From: the human T2T-CHM13v2.0 reference genome, Homo sapiens
NCBI RefSeq assembly: GCF_009914755.1
Contig: NC_060929.1
Length of the DNA stretch: 64,000 nucleotides
Strand: one strand, 5' to 3'
The position numbers and the translations under genes are program-made. A model generated the notes under the pieces. That model was not told where the DNA came from and ran no database searches. It saw nothing but the letters and a program-made list of their open reading frames with translations. Positions within the stretch are counted from its first letter, which is position 1. Every line of letters begins with the position of its first letter. This document shows, in pieces, positions 34,001 through 49,146 of this stretch.

Positions 34001-37000
34001 GAAACAATGGACTTAAACTCTACCCTAGAATAAATGGATTTAGCAGATATTTACAGAACAGTCTACCCAATTAACTGCAGAATATACATTCTGTTCTACA
34101 CAGAATATGCATAATATACATGGAACAGTCTTCAAGTTTTTTTTTTGTGATAGGCCACAAAATAAGTCTCAACTAATTTAAGAAAAGTGAAATTATATCA
34201 AGTACTCTCTCAGATCACAAGGGTATAAAATTGGAAAAAAACTCCCAAAGGAATCCCCAAAACCATGCAAATATATGGAAATTAAATAACTTGCTCCTGA
34301 ATGATCATTGGGTCAACAATGAAATCAAGATGAAAATTTAAAAATTCTTTGAACTGAATGATAAAGTGACACAACTTATCAAATCCTTTGGGATACAGCA
34401 AAAGTGGCAATAAGAAGAAAGTTCATAGCATTAAATGCCTACATCAAAAAGTTTGAAAGAGCACAGATAGACAATCTAAGGTCACACCTCAAAGAACTAG
34501 AGAAACAAGAAAAAACCAAATCCAAAGCCAGCATAAGAAAAGACATAACCACAATCAGAGCTGAATTAAATGAAATTGAAACAACAACAAAAAACAATAC
34601 AGAAGAAAAATTAACAAAAAGCTGGTGCTTTGAAAAGATAAATAAAGTTGATAGACCATTCGTGAGATTAACCAAGAAAACAAGAGAGAGGATCAAAAAA
34701 GCTCAATTAGAAATAAAACAGGTGATATTACAACCAATACCACAGAAATACAAAAGATCATTCAATGCTAATATGAACACCTTTATATGCATAAACTAGA
34801 AAACCTATAGGAGATAGATACATTCCTGGAAATATACCACTCTCCTAGATTAAAACAAAACAAATAGAAACTCCGAGCAGATCAAGCAGATCAATAACAA
34901 GCAGCGAGATTGAAATGATAATTTAAAAGTTATCAACAACAACAACAAAGTCCAGGATCAGACAGATTCACAGCTGAATTCTATCAAGCATTCAAAGAAG
35001 AATTGGTACCAATCATATTGACACTGTTCCAAAGATAGAGAGAGAGGGAATCATCCCTAAATCATTCTGTGAAGCCAGTATCTCCCTATTACCAAAACTA
35101 GGAAAAGACATAACAAAAAAAGAAAACTACAGACAAATATCCCTAATTAACATAAATGCAAAAGTTGTCAATAAAATACTAGTTACAGAATCCAATAGCA
35201 TATCAAAAAATAATACACCATGATCAAGTGGGTTTCACACCAGATATGCAGATATGGTTTTACATATGCAAGTCAATAAATATGATACATCAGATACAGA
35301 ATTTAAAATAAAAACCACGTGATCATCTCAATAGATGTAGAAAGAGCATTTGATAAGATCCAGCATTCTTTTATCATTAAAACCCTCAGCAATATAGGCA
35401 TAAAAGAGACATAACTTAAGGCAATAAAAGCCATCTATGACAAACTGACAGTCAACATTGTACTGAACAGGGAAAAGTTGAAAGCATTCTCCCTGAGAAC
35501 TGGAACAAGACAAAGATGCCCACTTTCACCACTTCTATTCAATCATAGTACTGGAAGTCCTAGCCGGAGCAATCAGACAAGAGAAAGAAATAAAGGGCAT
35601 CCAAATCGGTGAAGAGGAAGTCAAACTGTTGCTGTTTGCTGATGACATAATTGTATACCTAGAAAATCCTAAAGACTTATCCAAAAAGCTCCTAGAACTA
35701 GTAAATGAATTTAGCAAAGTTTGAGGATACAAAATTAATGTGCACAAATCAGTAGCACTGCTATACACCAACAATGATAAAGCTGAGAGATCAAGAACTC
35801 AACCCATTTTACAATAACTGCAAAAATTAAAATACTTAAAAATACAGCTAACCAAGGATGTGAACGGCCTCTACAAGTAAAACTACAAAACACTGTTGAA
35901 AGAAATCATAAATGACACAAACAAACACATCCCATGCTTATGGATGGGTAGACTCAATATTGTGAAAATGACCATACTGCCAAAACCAATCCACAAATTC
36001 AATGCAATTCCCATCAAAATGTCACCATCATTCTTCACAGAACTGGAAAAAAAATTCTAAAATTCATATGGAACGAAAAAAGAGCCCACATCACCAAAGC
36101 AAGGCTAAGGAAAAAGAACAAATCTGGAGGCATCACATTACCCGACTTCAAACTATATATAAGGTCATCATCACTGAAACAGCATAGTACTCGTATAAAA
36201 ATAGGCATATAGACCAATGGAATAGAATAGAGAACCAAGAAATAAAGCCAAATACTTATAGTCAACAGATCTTTCAAACAGCAAACAAAAACATAAAGTG
36301 GAGAAATTACGCCCTATTCAACAAATGGTGCTGGGATAATTGGCAAGCCACAGGAACAAGAATGTACCTGGATCCTCATCTCTCACCCTATAAAAAAATC
36401 AACTCAAGATGGAACAAAGATTTCAATCTAAGACCTGAAACCATAAAAATTCTAGTAGATGACATTGAAAAAACCCTTCTAGACATTGGCTTAGGCAAAG
36501 ACTTTATAAAAAAGAATGCAAAAGCAAATGCAACAGAAACAAAGATAAATAGATGGGACTTAATTAAACTAAAAAGCTTCTGGGCAGTAAAAGAAATAAT
36601 CAGCAGAGTAAACAGAACCCACAGAGTTGGAGAAAATATTCGCGACCTATACTTTCCAAGAAAGGACTAGTTTCCAGCATATACAAGGAACTCAAACAAA
36701 TCAGCAAGAGAAAAACAATCCTATCAAAAAGTGGGCCAAGGACATGAATAGACAGTTCTCCAAAGAAGATATTCAAATGTCCAACAAACATATGAAAAAG
36801 TGTGCAACATCACGTACTATCAGAGAAATGCAAATCAAAACCACAATGTGATAACACCTTATTCCTGCAAGAATGGCCATAATCAAAAAATCCAAAAACA
36901 ATAGATGTTGGCATGGATGTGTTGAAAAGGAAAAACTTTTACAGAGTTGGAGAGAATGTAAACTAATGCAACCACTATGAAAAACAGTGTGGAGATTCCT

Positions 37001-37556
37001 TAAAGAACTAAAAGTAGGCTACAATTTGATCCAGCAATCCCATTCCTGGGTATTTACCCAGAGGAAAAGAAGTCATTATACAAAAAAGATACTTGCACAC
37101 ACATATTTATAGGAGCATAATTTGCAATTGCAAAAACAAAAAAATGGAACAAGCCCCAATGCCCATCAATCAATGAGTGGATTAAAAAAGTATATATTTT
37201 ATATACCATAGAAAAGGAATGAAATGACATTTGCCACAACCTGGATGGAATTGGAGACCATTATTCTAAGTGAAGTAACTCAGGGATGGAAAACCCAACA
37301 TCGTATTTTCTCACTCATAAGTGAGAACTAAGCTATGAGGTTGCAAAGGCATAAGAATAATACAATGAGCTTTGCAGACTCCAGGGAAAGTGTGGGAGGA
37401 GAGTAAGGGATAAAAGACTATACAGTGGGTCGAGTGCACACTGCTCGGGTGATGGGTGCATCAAAATCTCAAAAATCACCACTAAAGAATTTATTCATAT
37501 AACCAAACACGACCTGTTCCCCAAAACTTATTGAAATTTTAAAAAAATTAAAAATA
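31044..37556 (+). mobile_element. Near full-length old L1 (L1PB1-like) with a nested LTR
   Basis: L1PB-type 5'UTR, decayed ORF1 and ORF2 ([20 protein letters not shown]), 3'UTR ctaagctatgagg..gcaaaggcataagaat. Confidence 0.9.
33499..33961 (-). mobile_element. ERV1 solo LTR (LTR2/HERV-E-like)
   Basis: Reverse strand taaggg.ggagaccacccctcatattgtcttatgccc...cctgctaca, 463 bp, 4-bp TSD acag in the L1 endonuclease region. Confidence 0.85.
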
Positions 37557-38232
37557 AATCAATTTGGCCAGACTTCATGCTAGAAAGAAATGGACAGTTG
37601 CATTTTTTTCCAAGCTCAGACAGCTAAATTATAATCACATGATTTTATCATTTGAGAATTTTCAATATTAAAATTAATAAATTAGAATTAAAGATTTATG
37701 AAAGTTAAGGAAATAACGTTAATTAGCTTTAGCCATTGGTAACAACAATATGAATAACTTTATTGGCATAGTAGGGGGTGGAATTCTGTTATAAGTGAGT
37801 TGAAGAATGGATGAGAGATACCTAAACGAAAGTGAATTTCAAGAATTTAAACCTTAACTGAGTAGAAGAAAAATTTAAGGATGTGCTTCAAGAGGGAAGG
37901 AGGGAAGGAAGCTATAGGAAAGGAGACAAACATAAATATAGAAGTTGTAAATTCAGAAAAGTAGGAAAAGCAAGTATAAAATAGCCTTAGATAGCAGGGG
38001 TACCACTTTCAGATCAGAATAAAAGAGGTAAAAAGTGTGTAGATATAGGTAAGTGTGTATGATGTGGTGAATTGTGAGGAAGAGGGAAGCTGAGCATATT
38101 AATTCCTGTAGGCCATTCTTTTTTAAGTGGAAAATGCTAATAGTGTATGTGTCTTGGGCAGGGCATGGTGCTTAAGAGAGATACTTTCTACCAGTACCCC
38201 CAGATTCACCGTTTCCCATTCACTACTCTTAC

Positions 38233-38510
38233 CTGTATATTTCTCTTTGTATTTCTACGTTTGTTATTGTTCTGCACTTCTACATGTGTAATTGAATAAT
38301 ACCTGTTGATATGCTGCACTAGAAAACCATTTTTGATGGGAAACGTTCTAAAGGGTTTCATAACATTGGTCACATGTGTTGGTAATTTGGGGGATGTATT
38401 TTTCTATCGGAGTTCCTTCATTCTTTTCTGAATTTCCTGATAAAAACTACTGTGAAATGCCAGGTGTTCAGACGGCTGAGCATACTAGCCGTTTTAGGAC
38501 TTTGGTGAAG
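38233..38510 (-). pseudogene. Putative 278-nt exon
   Basis: Acceptor ttatttaatgtatcAG, donor CAG|GTAAGA. Every frame has stops; the best stretch is HLAFHSSFYQEIQKRMKELR*KNTSPKLP. Confidence 0.6.
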
Positions 38511-38659
38511 CTGATACATTAAATAACAAGATAGAAACACAACATTTTGTCTATACATAAAATTAAGCCATTTATTTATAATGAATGGGAATAGATAACT
38601 AAAGAATGGCTCTAATATGAAATGCCCATATGGCAAAAGTTTTGTTCCCCAAATCTTAC

Positions 38660-38775
38660 AAGTCATTGTTATTTCCATTGAAGTATCTTTTTGCAGCATA
38701 AGATGGGGATGTTCTTAGAAATCTTCTCACTGGCTATCTGCTGAAACTTTTCCTGTCATCTTTCCAAAAAGATTC
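38660..38775 (-). pseudogene. Putative 116-nt exon
   Basis: Acceptor aaattctatcAG, donor CTT|GTAAGA, 149-bp intron to the next exon. Phase-0 frame ESFWKDDRKSFSR*PVRRFLRTSPSYAAKRYF has one stop. Confidence 0.55.
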
Positions 38776-38792
38776 CTGATAGAATTTTGAAT

Positions 38793-38957
38793 TGTGGTTT
38801 TCAAAAGTTAAAGTGCTTAAGAATCATTTGGAAGGCTTGTCAACAATTAAAACAACTGGGCCCTACTCCCAGAAGTTCAATATCAGAAAACTGCTCTTGT
38901 TAACAAATTTTCCTAGTAATTTGGCTACATGCAGTCCTTGGAACACACATCTAAATG
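38793..38957. mobile_element. MER5-like hAT MITE relic
   Basis: gtggttttcaaa..agaatcatttggaaggcttgt..ctgggccctactcccaga. Confidence 0.55.
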
Positions 38958-39991
38958 ATGAATATTTTCTATTTCTCTCTGTCAGCTTACCCAGAAGCAG
39001 GCTAAATATATTTCTTATAGTAACTGTACATCTGTAGTCAGGTTTTCTAAACTAGTTGAAAGATTTGCTCATGGACTCCTTTGAGATTATCTTCTGTGAA
39101 GACCTAGCCCATATTCCAGGGCTACGCTGTTTTACAAAATCATGCACTCTACACTTATTTGTGTTATTTCATTTATATACACATTATAATGCCTTATGCA
39201 TAGCATTTGTACAGTTGTCTCCAAATGATTAAAAAAACACTAAATTCAAGTTGATTGAAAATGTATTAACACATCCTTACCCTTTTAGACAAAATATACT
39301 GAACATAATTTTGAAATGACTTCTCTCGACATCCATTGTTACGCTGTTAGACAACATACTTTTTGTCTTTTTTTTACATTTTTCTGTGTCCTCCCTTAAA
39401 GCAAAACTGGAAGAAGTTACTGTTTCTGCTGACACTATGCTTGCTTTATGGGCTCAACTCTCTTTTGAGAACCCATAGGACATTTTCTATAGTGATTTTA
39501 TATCACTTTTCAATTTAATAATAGCTTTTTATACATGTTTTAATTCAGCCACTATAGGATAAACTTTTTGAGTACAAACAATTCTGAATAAATATTTATA
39601 ATTTTCTTGTGCCCAACGTTGTTTTGCTCCTAGTAGGTGCTCACTAAAAACCTGTGGAATAATTGAGTGAATTTGTATGATAAATAAGAATCCAAAAGAC
39701 TATAAACGAAGGGCTAGAATTAAAGTGCATATCCTTAGTAAATGAGTTTTATGACATTTCTTTAGGCTGCTGAGAACATCTTTGGTGATATTGAGTTCCA
39801 GAAAATTAAGGTTGATGGAAGAGTAAATTATTGCAAAGTGTGTGGTTGTATGTTTTGGCTTTTAAAATATATGTATGCTCCATATAGTAGATAAGCTGAA
39901 AAATTAGCCATTTAAATGTGTGTTCCAAGGACTGCATGTAGCCAAATTACTAAGAGAAATTGTTAAGAAGAACAGTTTTCTGATATTGAAC
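38875..39991. repeat. Inverted duplication of about 83 bp (38875-38957 and 39909-39991)
   Basis: gttcaatatcagaaaactg...tagtaatttggctacatgcagtccttggaacacacat recurs as its reverse complement. Confidence 0.9.
38991..39126 (-). pseudogene. Putative 136-nt exon
   Basis: Acceptor gattttgtaaaacAG, donor TGG|GTAAGC. Frame ambiguous. Confidence 0.5.
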
Positions 39992-40578
39992 ATATTTTAG
40001 GTAAACATTATTTATGTTATAAATAAATTATCTCTCAACCCATTATTTGAAAGAAACATTATTCATTTGTAATCTACCAGTTAGGTAAGCAAATAGACTA
40101 AGCCAATTTCTAAAAACCTAACTTCTTTGAATACATATGTGTAAAAATATGTCTTTATATACCCTTACTAATTTCTTATCACATTGCAGAAAATAACCTA
40201 TCATAACTCCATAAAATAATAAACTTTTTTCTTGTGTAAAGCACTTTCTAATATTCAAGGTTGACATGGTAAACTATCATTCAAATATATTGTTTCAAGA
40301 AAATATTTTACATTTACATTTTATTTGTTACAAAAATTCACATTTAAGTTGCAGTTTAGATGCGATCTTTAGCATACTATCTTAATTGAAGACGTTAGCT
40401 AGATTTTATAATATGAATATTTTGGGCTGTAATTTGAAATCCCATGAGCTACCATCATGGGAATCTATTTACTTTCATGTGAGTCAATGATTTGTGTCTC
40501 TCCCTGTTTATTTGTCTATTGGAAGAGAAGAAGGAAGATGACATATAAGTATTTTTTTCTCCACATTTGTGTACTTAC

Positions 40579-40715
40579 AAGGAAAGAATTTGTCATAAAT
40601 TCAAGTGGAAGACAATTCAGGTACTAATGGCAGTTCCCTAAATCGGGAATGAATGGTTGCTTTTTACTATACTGTTGTACTCAGATAATGACCAGTTCAT
40701 ACATTCTGTCCATTT
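40579..40715 (-). pseudogene. Putative 137-nt exon
   Basis: Acceptor ttttctgtctacacaAG, donor CTT|GTAAGT. Frame ambiguous, 2-4 stops. Confidence 0.5.
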
Positions 40716-41199
40716 CTTGTGTAGACAGAAAAGTTAAGTTAGAAATAGAAAATAAAATTTTATAATATTGATTATTGTGCATGTTGGTTCTTTTCAAAAC
40801 AGAGTCTTCTTTAGCACATTTTTGTTAGTTTTAGAAGTAAAAATAATTGATAAATTACTTATTCTATTTCTATTCAACTGAATAGTTACTGAGGTTAATG
40901 ATGATGTCTGTATGCATCTCTTGATATACCCTAGGTGGCAAAGCTCATGATTTCTCTTCTTTACTGAGTACATAGAAACTGCTATACAGTAAGTATGTAG
41001 AACCACACCCTTCATATAAAACACACATTTTATAGTCTTTAAATAGAGATTATAAAAAGCACATAGCACAAATTTAATTTAGTCGAGGTAAGGCATTCTC
41101 AAGTTATCTAATAGTTTAGGATGACCATGATAAAACCTGAACTAGATTTATGCACCTAAAATCTGCCTCTGCCTGTCCTTTGCTATTACCAGAGGGAAT

Positions 41200-41590
41200 T
41201 AAGGATGGGTGAACCCAGCCATGTTTTGGGTTCGTCAAACATCTTGAACTACTTTTCCACTGTTCTGGGTTAGGCAAAACCCAAAATGTGTTTCGCCAAG
41301 CACATTTTCCCTTAATTCTTAAACCCAGGAGTATTTTAAGGTAAATTTAATCCATATGCTTCTGATTCATTTACACTAAACTCATCAAAATGTTCTGTCT
41401 TAAGAGCTATTTGATGTGCAAGGACCTTTTTGAATATTTTATAAGCCTTTTAAGTCCTATGCATTGGGTTTTCACATTCAACCAAAGATCAAGTGAACTC
41501 AAATCTTAAAATGATGAGGTTTGGTTGCAAAGTCTAAAACATCAAGGTTTGTGAAGGTTCTAAACTTGGTTACGTATAGTTCAATCCTTG
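41200..41590. mobile_element. Old non-autonomous DNA transposon relic (hAT-like, tagggatggg-type end)
   Basis: taaggatgggtgaacccagccatgttttgggttcgtcaaac start with internal palindromic ttttgggtt/aacccaaaa, and a degenerate inverted end near 41580. Confidence 0.5.
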
Positions 41591-41754
41591 GTGAGAATAT
41601 ATATTAATTTTTTTTTGCAGAATGTAGATTGCATAACAGAATGAGTAGTGAACAAAATGCAAAATAGGGCATGGAAATATAAAGAAGCCAAGTGACAAAT
41701 AATTCAAAGCAGATTGAATGTCTGTTCTTTAGCAAGAACCATGCATGAGCTAAC

Positions 41755-41895
41755 ATAATGGAGGATGACATTGCAGCTGTTTTCATTTTTCTTTCTTTTG
41801 GGAGGACTTTCTTCTTTTTGGACTGTATTTGGACTTTTCTGAAAGTTCTCTCTATCTTTTGGGCAGTTACAGAACTCATAGCTAGCATTCTAGCA
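41755..41895 (-). pseudogene. Putative 141-nt exon (ARMLAMSSVTAQKIERTFRKVQIQSKKKK... or C*NASYEFCNCPKD...)
   Basis: Strong acceptor ttttcttctattttgtgttAG, donor TAT|GTTAGC, length a multiple of 3. Confidence 0.55.
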
Positions 41896-43104
41896 CTAAC
41901 ACAAAATAGAAGAAAATAATGTTTAATATCATAAAGAGTTAGTTAGCTTTTGTTATGATAAAAGCTATAAAAATTACTAACTTCATTTCTTAAGATATAA
42001 TCATACTATTACAACTTTTCAGTTTGCAAAGAAATAGTCATTAGATTGATATTAATTATTAAATTCACCATCAAATTCACAAATTGAATTTACTGTCATG
42101 TGCCAACTCCTGTAAATTTAAACTGGAGGATACTTACTAAAATTTGTAATAAACAATGTTATATTTGATTACAAATACATAAATTCATTTTTATCTCTTG
42201 TCATTTTTTCTATCTGATTCAGAAGACCAGATTGTAGTTAAGATAAATTAGTATATAACAGTAGTTGGGGACTTAGCTTAGTAAATAAGAAAACTCAGTG
42301 GTAAGACAGAACAAGAGAAAGTAGAATAGAAAACTGTCATGGACAAATCATTTATCACAAGCTAAAAAATTGAAATCTTGTTCTTCTCAGTTACAGAAAG
42401 TTCTAAGAACGAGACCCAGACATTGAATAAAGTTAAATAAAAAGCAATAATAATTTTAACATAAGCTTTGACAGTTGCACATGAGAAAATTTGTTTTTCC
42501 TACTGTTGTTGACTTAAAAAGCATTTTAGTGGCTTTCAAAATAGTCTGTTGTAATAAGACGCAAATGGTAGTAAGTATCTTTATAATCATTATCTCAATC
42601 ATTGTATCTTCTCTTTCAGCACTTTGTCAGGAATATTGAGTGACATAGATGAGCACATTAATGGAGAGGGAGAGGTAAGAACAATGTATTACAATGAGAT
42701 GAATTTCTTGACTAAAATGACATATCTGAATATTTCTATTATTTTTCAATTTTTATGCCAATTTCTATTTGACAATGTCGTACTAGCATTATAGTTTTGA
42801 AAAGTCAGGGCTTTGAAATTAATATATTTTAGTTTTTAATCCACACTAGCTGGTTCACATTAAAAGTGATTAAGCCTTTTTTTAGCCTCAAGTTTCTCTT
42901 CTGTAAAATAAGGACAAAAACACAGCATTCTTAAAATTATTGAAAATCATAAGGTAAATGAACAGCTTAAAATCAAACAGACTTTGGAGCCAAATAAGCG
43001 CTAAGTAAGCGGAACTTGTAAGATAGACAGTCTACCTCTGTTCAAATTCTTGGTGGTGAATTATCCACCACCAGAAAAGGCAGTGCACATCCCATTTTTT
43101 CAGG

Positions 43105-43521
43105 TCTTTATGCTGTGTTGACTTGACTGTGCTGACTTGACTGTGCTACAGCCCATAGCTTTTCAATCAAACACTGATCTATGTGTTTCTAGGAGGTTAT
43201 TTTGCAGATGCGATTATGGCCCATAATCAGCTGCTTTCAGATAAATTATCCTATGTAACCTAGGTGGGCCTGTTTCAATCCAGGGAAAGGCCTTAAAAGC
43301 AGAGCTGATTGAGACTTTCCTCATGAAGAAATTCCTGTAGACAGCAGGCAACATCAGCTCCTAACCAGGGGTTCCAGCCTGCCCTTCCCGACTGCCTGTC
43401 ATATGGATTTTGATTGCCTAACCAATCCCCACAGTTGCATAGGCCAATTCTTTACAATGAATCTTTGAATATATATATCTCCTACTGATTCTGTATCTTT
43501 GCCTGTACCTTGACTAATACA
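43105..43521 (+). mobile_element. MLT2 (ERVL) solo LTR
   Basis: tcaaacact.atct...ggtgggcct..ttcaatc...gaaaggcctta...tgactaataca. Confidence 0.8.
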
Positions 43522-44890
43522 AGGCCCAAGCATGAATTCATTCAGCAAATAGGAAAAGTTTTCTGTATACTAAGAATTGTTCTAGTTACCAAGGATGCTA
43601 TAGAGAACAAACTAGATATTGCCCTGATCATCATTTGAACTAATAGAGGATACTTCCTTATACAAATTTTTATAAACATAATTATTTAGTTAAAATAATT
43701 AATAATGCTTTGAAGTAGAATTACAAATAGATGGAACTTTATTTCCATATTAGCTTTTTTAGTTTTCATATAGAAACAGTTAAATTATTTTCTCTTGAAT
43801 TTCAGTTAGACTTATACTTTAATTCAATGATGATTTTGCTTCTGTGAATCTAGATTTTCTGTTACAAAAATACAAGTATAGATTTTCCTCTATGTGGAAA
43901 AACATAAATATTACATTTTCTGAGTTTTATGTATTCATTGAACAAATATTAACTGAGTGCTTCTAAGTACAGGAAATCAAGGTGAATAAGACAGAGAAGG
44001 TCCATTTTACCTGCTTTAGAACCTATTACTGTTGCCTCAGTGATCATCATTGCCATTATATTTTTTAAATTGTATTGTCATGTAGATAACATGGAATACT
44101 CATTTATGTGACTGTAACATAGGCCTCTTGAAACTTTTGGTGGGAAATATTTAATTGTGAAATATGTTTACCAGAACAATAAAAAGAGGCTTTGGAAAAA
44201 CAGAGTTATCATTAAATGTTGAAAATAAATATTAACATTTTGAGATTTGAGGACACCCTTTTGCATATGTTTTTCATTTAAATCTTGAAGGAAATAAACA
44301 AACGTTATCAGTAAGCAAATATCAAGGGAATGCAATCCTTGAAATAGAAAGTGTTACAACTAATTTTTCTATTAAAAACATTATTTTCAGTTTCTTCTTC
44401 ACTGTTCCAATATTATAGTCTAGTTAGCCTTTAAATCACAAGTATTTAAGCTCACAAAAGTTCATTACTGTTTCTCATTTATAATTTCATAAAAGTCTTC
44501 AGAAATTAGCTATTTTATTGGAAAATAATCAAATGAATGTTCCCCTTTCTTTGATTGTCCTCTCACTCCCACCTCTTGCCCCAAAAGCAATTAACAGGGC
44601 CATTTTACATGTCTCCTTAAATTTCATATTGCCAAGCCCTTTAGTAGCCAAGTCCTAGCCTAGAATTTCTCAGATGTTATTCAGATTGAAAAAATAACAG
44701 TTTTCTTCACTTATAAATGAAAATGCTTTCTTACTGAATTGGATGGGGAAAAACAAAGTATATACATGTTTTTACTTAGAAACAATAGCTTTGGTGACTG
44801 AGAAAGCAAGATGTTTGCAAAAGCATTTTAAACATGGACGACCAATTTGCAAATCATTTTTTTAAATTTAAATTTCCACAGACATGTTTT

Positions 44891-45111
44891 TTAAAACAAT
44901 TTTATTATGGATTTAAGGGGTACATGTGCAGGCTTGTTACATGGGTATATTGCATAATACTGCAGTTTGGGCTTCTAGTGAACCCACTACCAAATAGTGA
45001 ACATAGTGCTCAATGGGTACCTTTTCAACCCTTGCCTCTCCCCAACCCTCCCCACTTTTGGAGTCCCCAGTGTCTGTTATACCCATCGTTATACCTGTGT
45101 GTACCCATTCC
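44891..45111 (-). mobile_element. Short old L1 3' end (L1PA15/16-like)
   Basis: ggggtacatgtgcaggcttgttacatgggtatattgcat; flanking ca(g/a)acatgttttt repeats. Confidence 0.8.
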
Positions 45112-45182
45112 CAAACATGTTTTTAATTACCCTGAACTGAAAGGAAATATAATAGGAGAATCTCTGATTTCTCAGACTTTCA

Positions 45183-47223
<2,041 letters not shown>

Positions 47224-47402
47224 GAAAAACACATTTTCTATACAATTGTCAAGTGTCAACAGATTTCCAGGAGGATCACAAAGGTACAAATTTTTTACAT
47301 TACAAGATTATTCATATATAATCAAACAATGTAACTATTATAGAAATGAGAACAGTACATTTGGTAACTGATATTCAGGCTATTACTTATTGTAGATCTT
47401 AC

Positions 47403-47482
47403 CAATAATTGACACGAATGGGCTGCCTGTGCACCATGAAATCCTGTGGTTGTAACTTTTTACCTTTGCAATAAGTTTCATA
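47403..47482 (-). pseudogene. Possible 80-nt exon
   Basis: Donor TTG|GTAAGA, weak acceptor tgactgtAG. Two open frames (MKLIAKVKSY... and YETYCKGKKLQP...). Confidence 0.45.
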
Positions 47483-47817
47483 CTACAGTCATTTACTTGT
47501 TTATAACAATTTAATTATTTGTACTTAATACGTGATATAAATAAATGTTATAAATTAATTTTACCATGCCTCATATAGACATCCTTAGATCCTATCAATT
47601 TATTCCACCATGCCCTACAATTAGATTATTTTCTATGAGTCATGATGAGATTCATCACCTTATTGTGTAAACTTTCTGAGGCAACATCCTTTCTTTAGTT
47701 AGTCAAGTTTTATCATTTCTTGAAAATGCAAGTACCCACAAATTAATAATCCTAAAATCCTTATTAATTCTTACAGAAAAGGTTTTGTGTTAAAATAAAG
47801 AAATATAACGAAAATAA

Positions 47818-49146
47818 TAAAGATCCCAAAGCACCTCATTTAAATATGTGGCATACGAAAAGAAAAAAATAATAAAGTGATTTTACAAGTTACTGTCTTT
47901 CAGGTTTTATTTTTCACTGACATGCCCAAACAAGAAAAATGTTTCCATGCAACCAAACAATACATTAATATGGAGTTTAGTAAGGGAGAAAATATTGAAG
48001 GCCAATCTGTGAGCAGTTAGAAGACAATAGAATATTGAGCCTTCAGCAGCTTGGTCCATAATGAACAAATCATGCCAGACCATAATAATAGTCTTGTTTG
48101 ATAGAGTTGCAAAACTAATTAAAGAGGATACAACTGACATCATGTATTTGGGCTCCAGTGAAGCATTTGAACAGTGAATTATGTACTTTTACTTACAAAT
48201 TAATTATAATTGCCTTGGATGAAAATAGAGTCACATGGATTGGGAACTGGCTGAAAGATTATAAACAAAAATAGTAGATTGTAATGAATGCAGTTGGAGG
48301 ATAACTACAATGGGTTTTCACAATGGTCAAAAAGTTTTGTAAATCTCTATTTACTGGTTGTTGAAGAATATTTTTCCTCAATAATGTTGAGGTAGAAATG
48401 TTTTGGGGTTACCCAGTATAATAACCAAATAAAGAAATTAGACATAAGTATAATGTTTCATATGAATTAGTAACTAATTTAGAATTTATGAGTTTGGCTT
48501 ACATCAACCTTTGAAAATGTTTGTCACGTGAAAAGCATGCATTATAATATTCAGGTAACAGCTGGTGCCTTAAGAGAACAGAGTATTTCAGAGTACCACT
48601 TGCTATTTAGGTACTATTAATTATATATATTATCTGCTTATTAAAGTAGGTTAATTAGGTTAAAGTAGGTTTAATAGCACCTTATTAGAAACATATCAAA
48701 GAAATAAAATGACATTTTCTAATTTTTACAAATTTGTGCTTATATTTTTCACCATATTTGTTCAAATTAAATTTTACAGTAACAACAGAACAGTGTTAAG
48801 TATAAAAGATTGAAAATATAATATCTATAGACATTTTTAATTTGCAGGAAACTATCAGAAAATAGCTCTGAAAGTCTTCTTCATGAAAAAAGAAGGAAAT
48901 TATCTATGGATTTATAATAAAGTATAGTAGAACAGTTTTTCCAAAATGTGAACCATAAGGTATTTTAGGAGTTATGTAATAGTGTTTTAAATTATATGCA
49001 TTTGTGTATTTGTGTAAAGATCCCAAAGCACCTCATTTAAATATGTGGCATACAAAAAGAAAAAAATAATAAAATAAAGTGATTTTCAAGTTACTGTCTT
49101 TCAGGTTTTATTTTTCACTGACATGCCCAAACAAGAAAAATGTTTC
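47818..49146 (+). repeat. Dispersed direct duplication of about 130 bp (47818-47945 and 49015-49146)
   Basis: taaagatcccaaagcacctc...caagaaaaatgtttc occurs twice, differing by one substitution and small indels. Confidence 0.95.
47960..48640 (+). mobile_element. CR1/L3 LINE RT relic
   Basis: aacaaatcatgccagacc (NKSCQT), tttgatagagtt (FDRV), gacatcatgtatttgggctccagtgaagcatttga (DIMYL..SEAF) match CR1 RT motifs. Confidence 0.7.

Noticed and set aside
38660-38775. Resemblance of FQQIASEKISKNIPIL to an Mx/dynamin GED helix
   Set aside because: Short, frame-dependent match; no GTPase motifs seen in any other exon.
41194-41320. Imperfect hairpin as a possible miRNA or structured RNA
   Set aside because: Explained by subterminal palindromes of an old DNA transposon; pairing is poor.
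47907-48143. 78-aa minus ORF as another exon of the ghost gene
   Set aside because: It is the antisense of a CR1/L3 RT relic.
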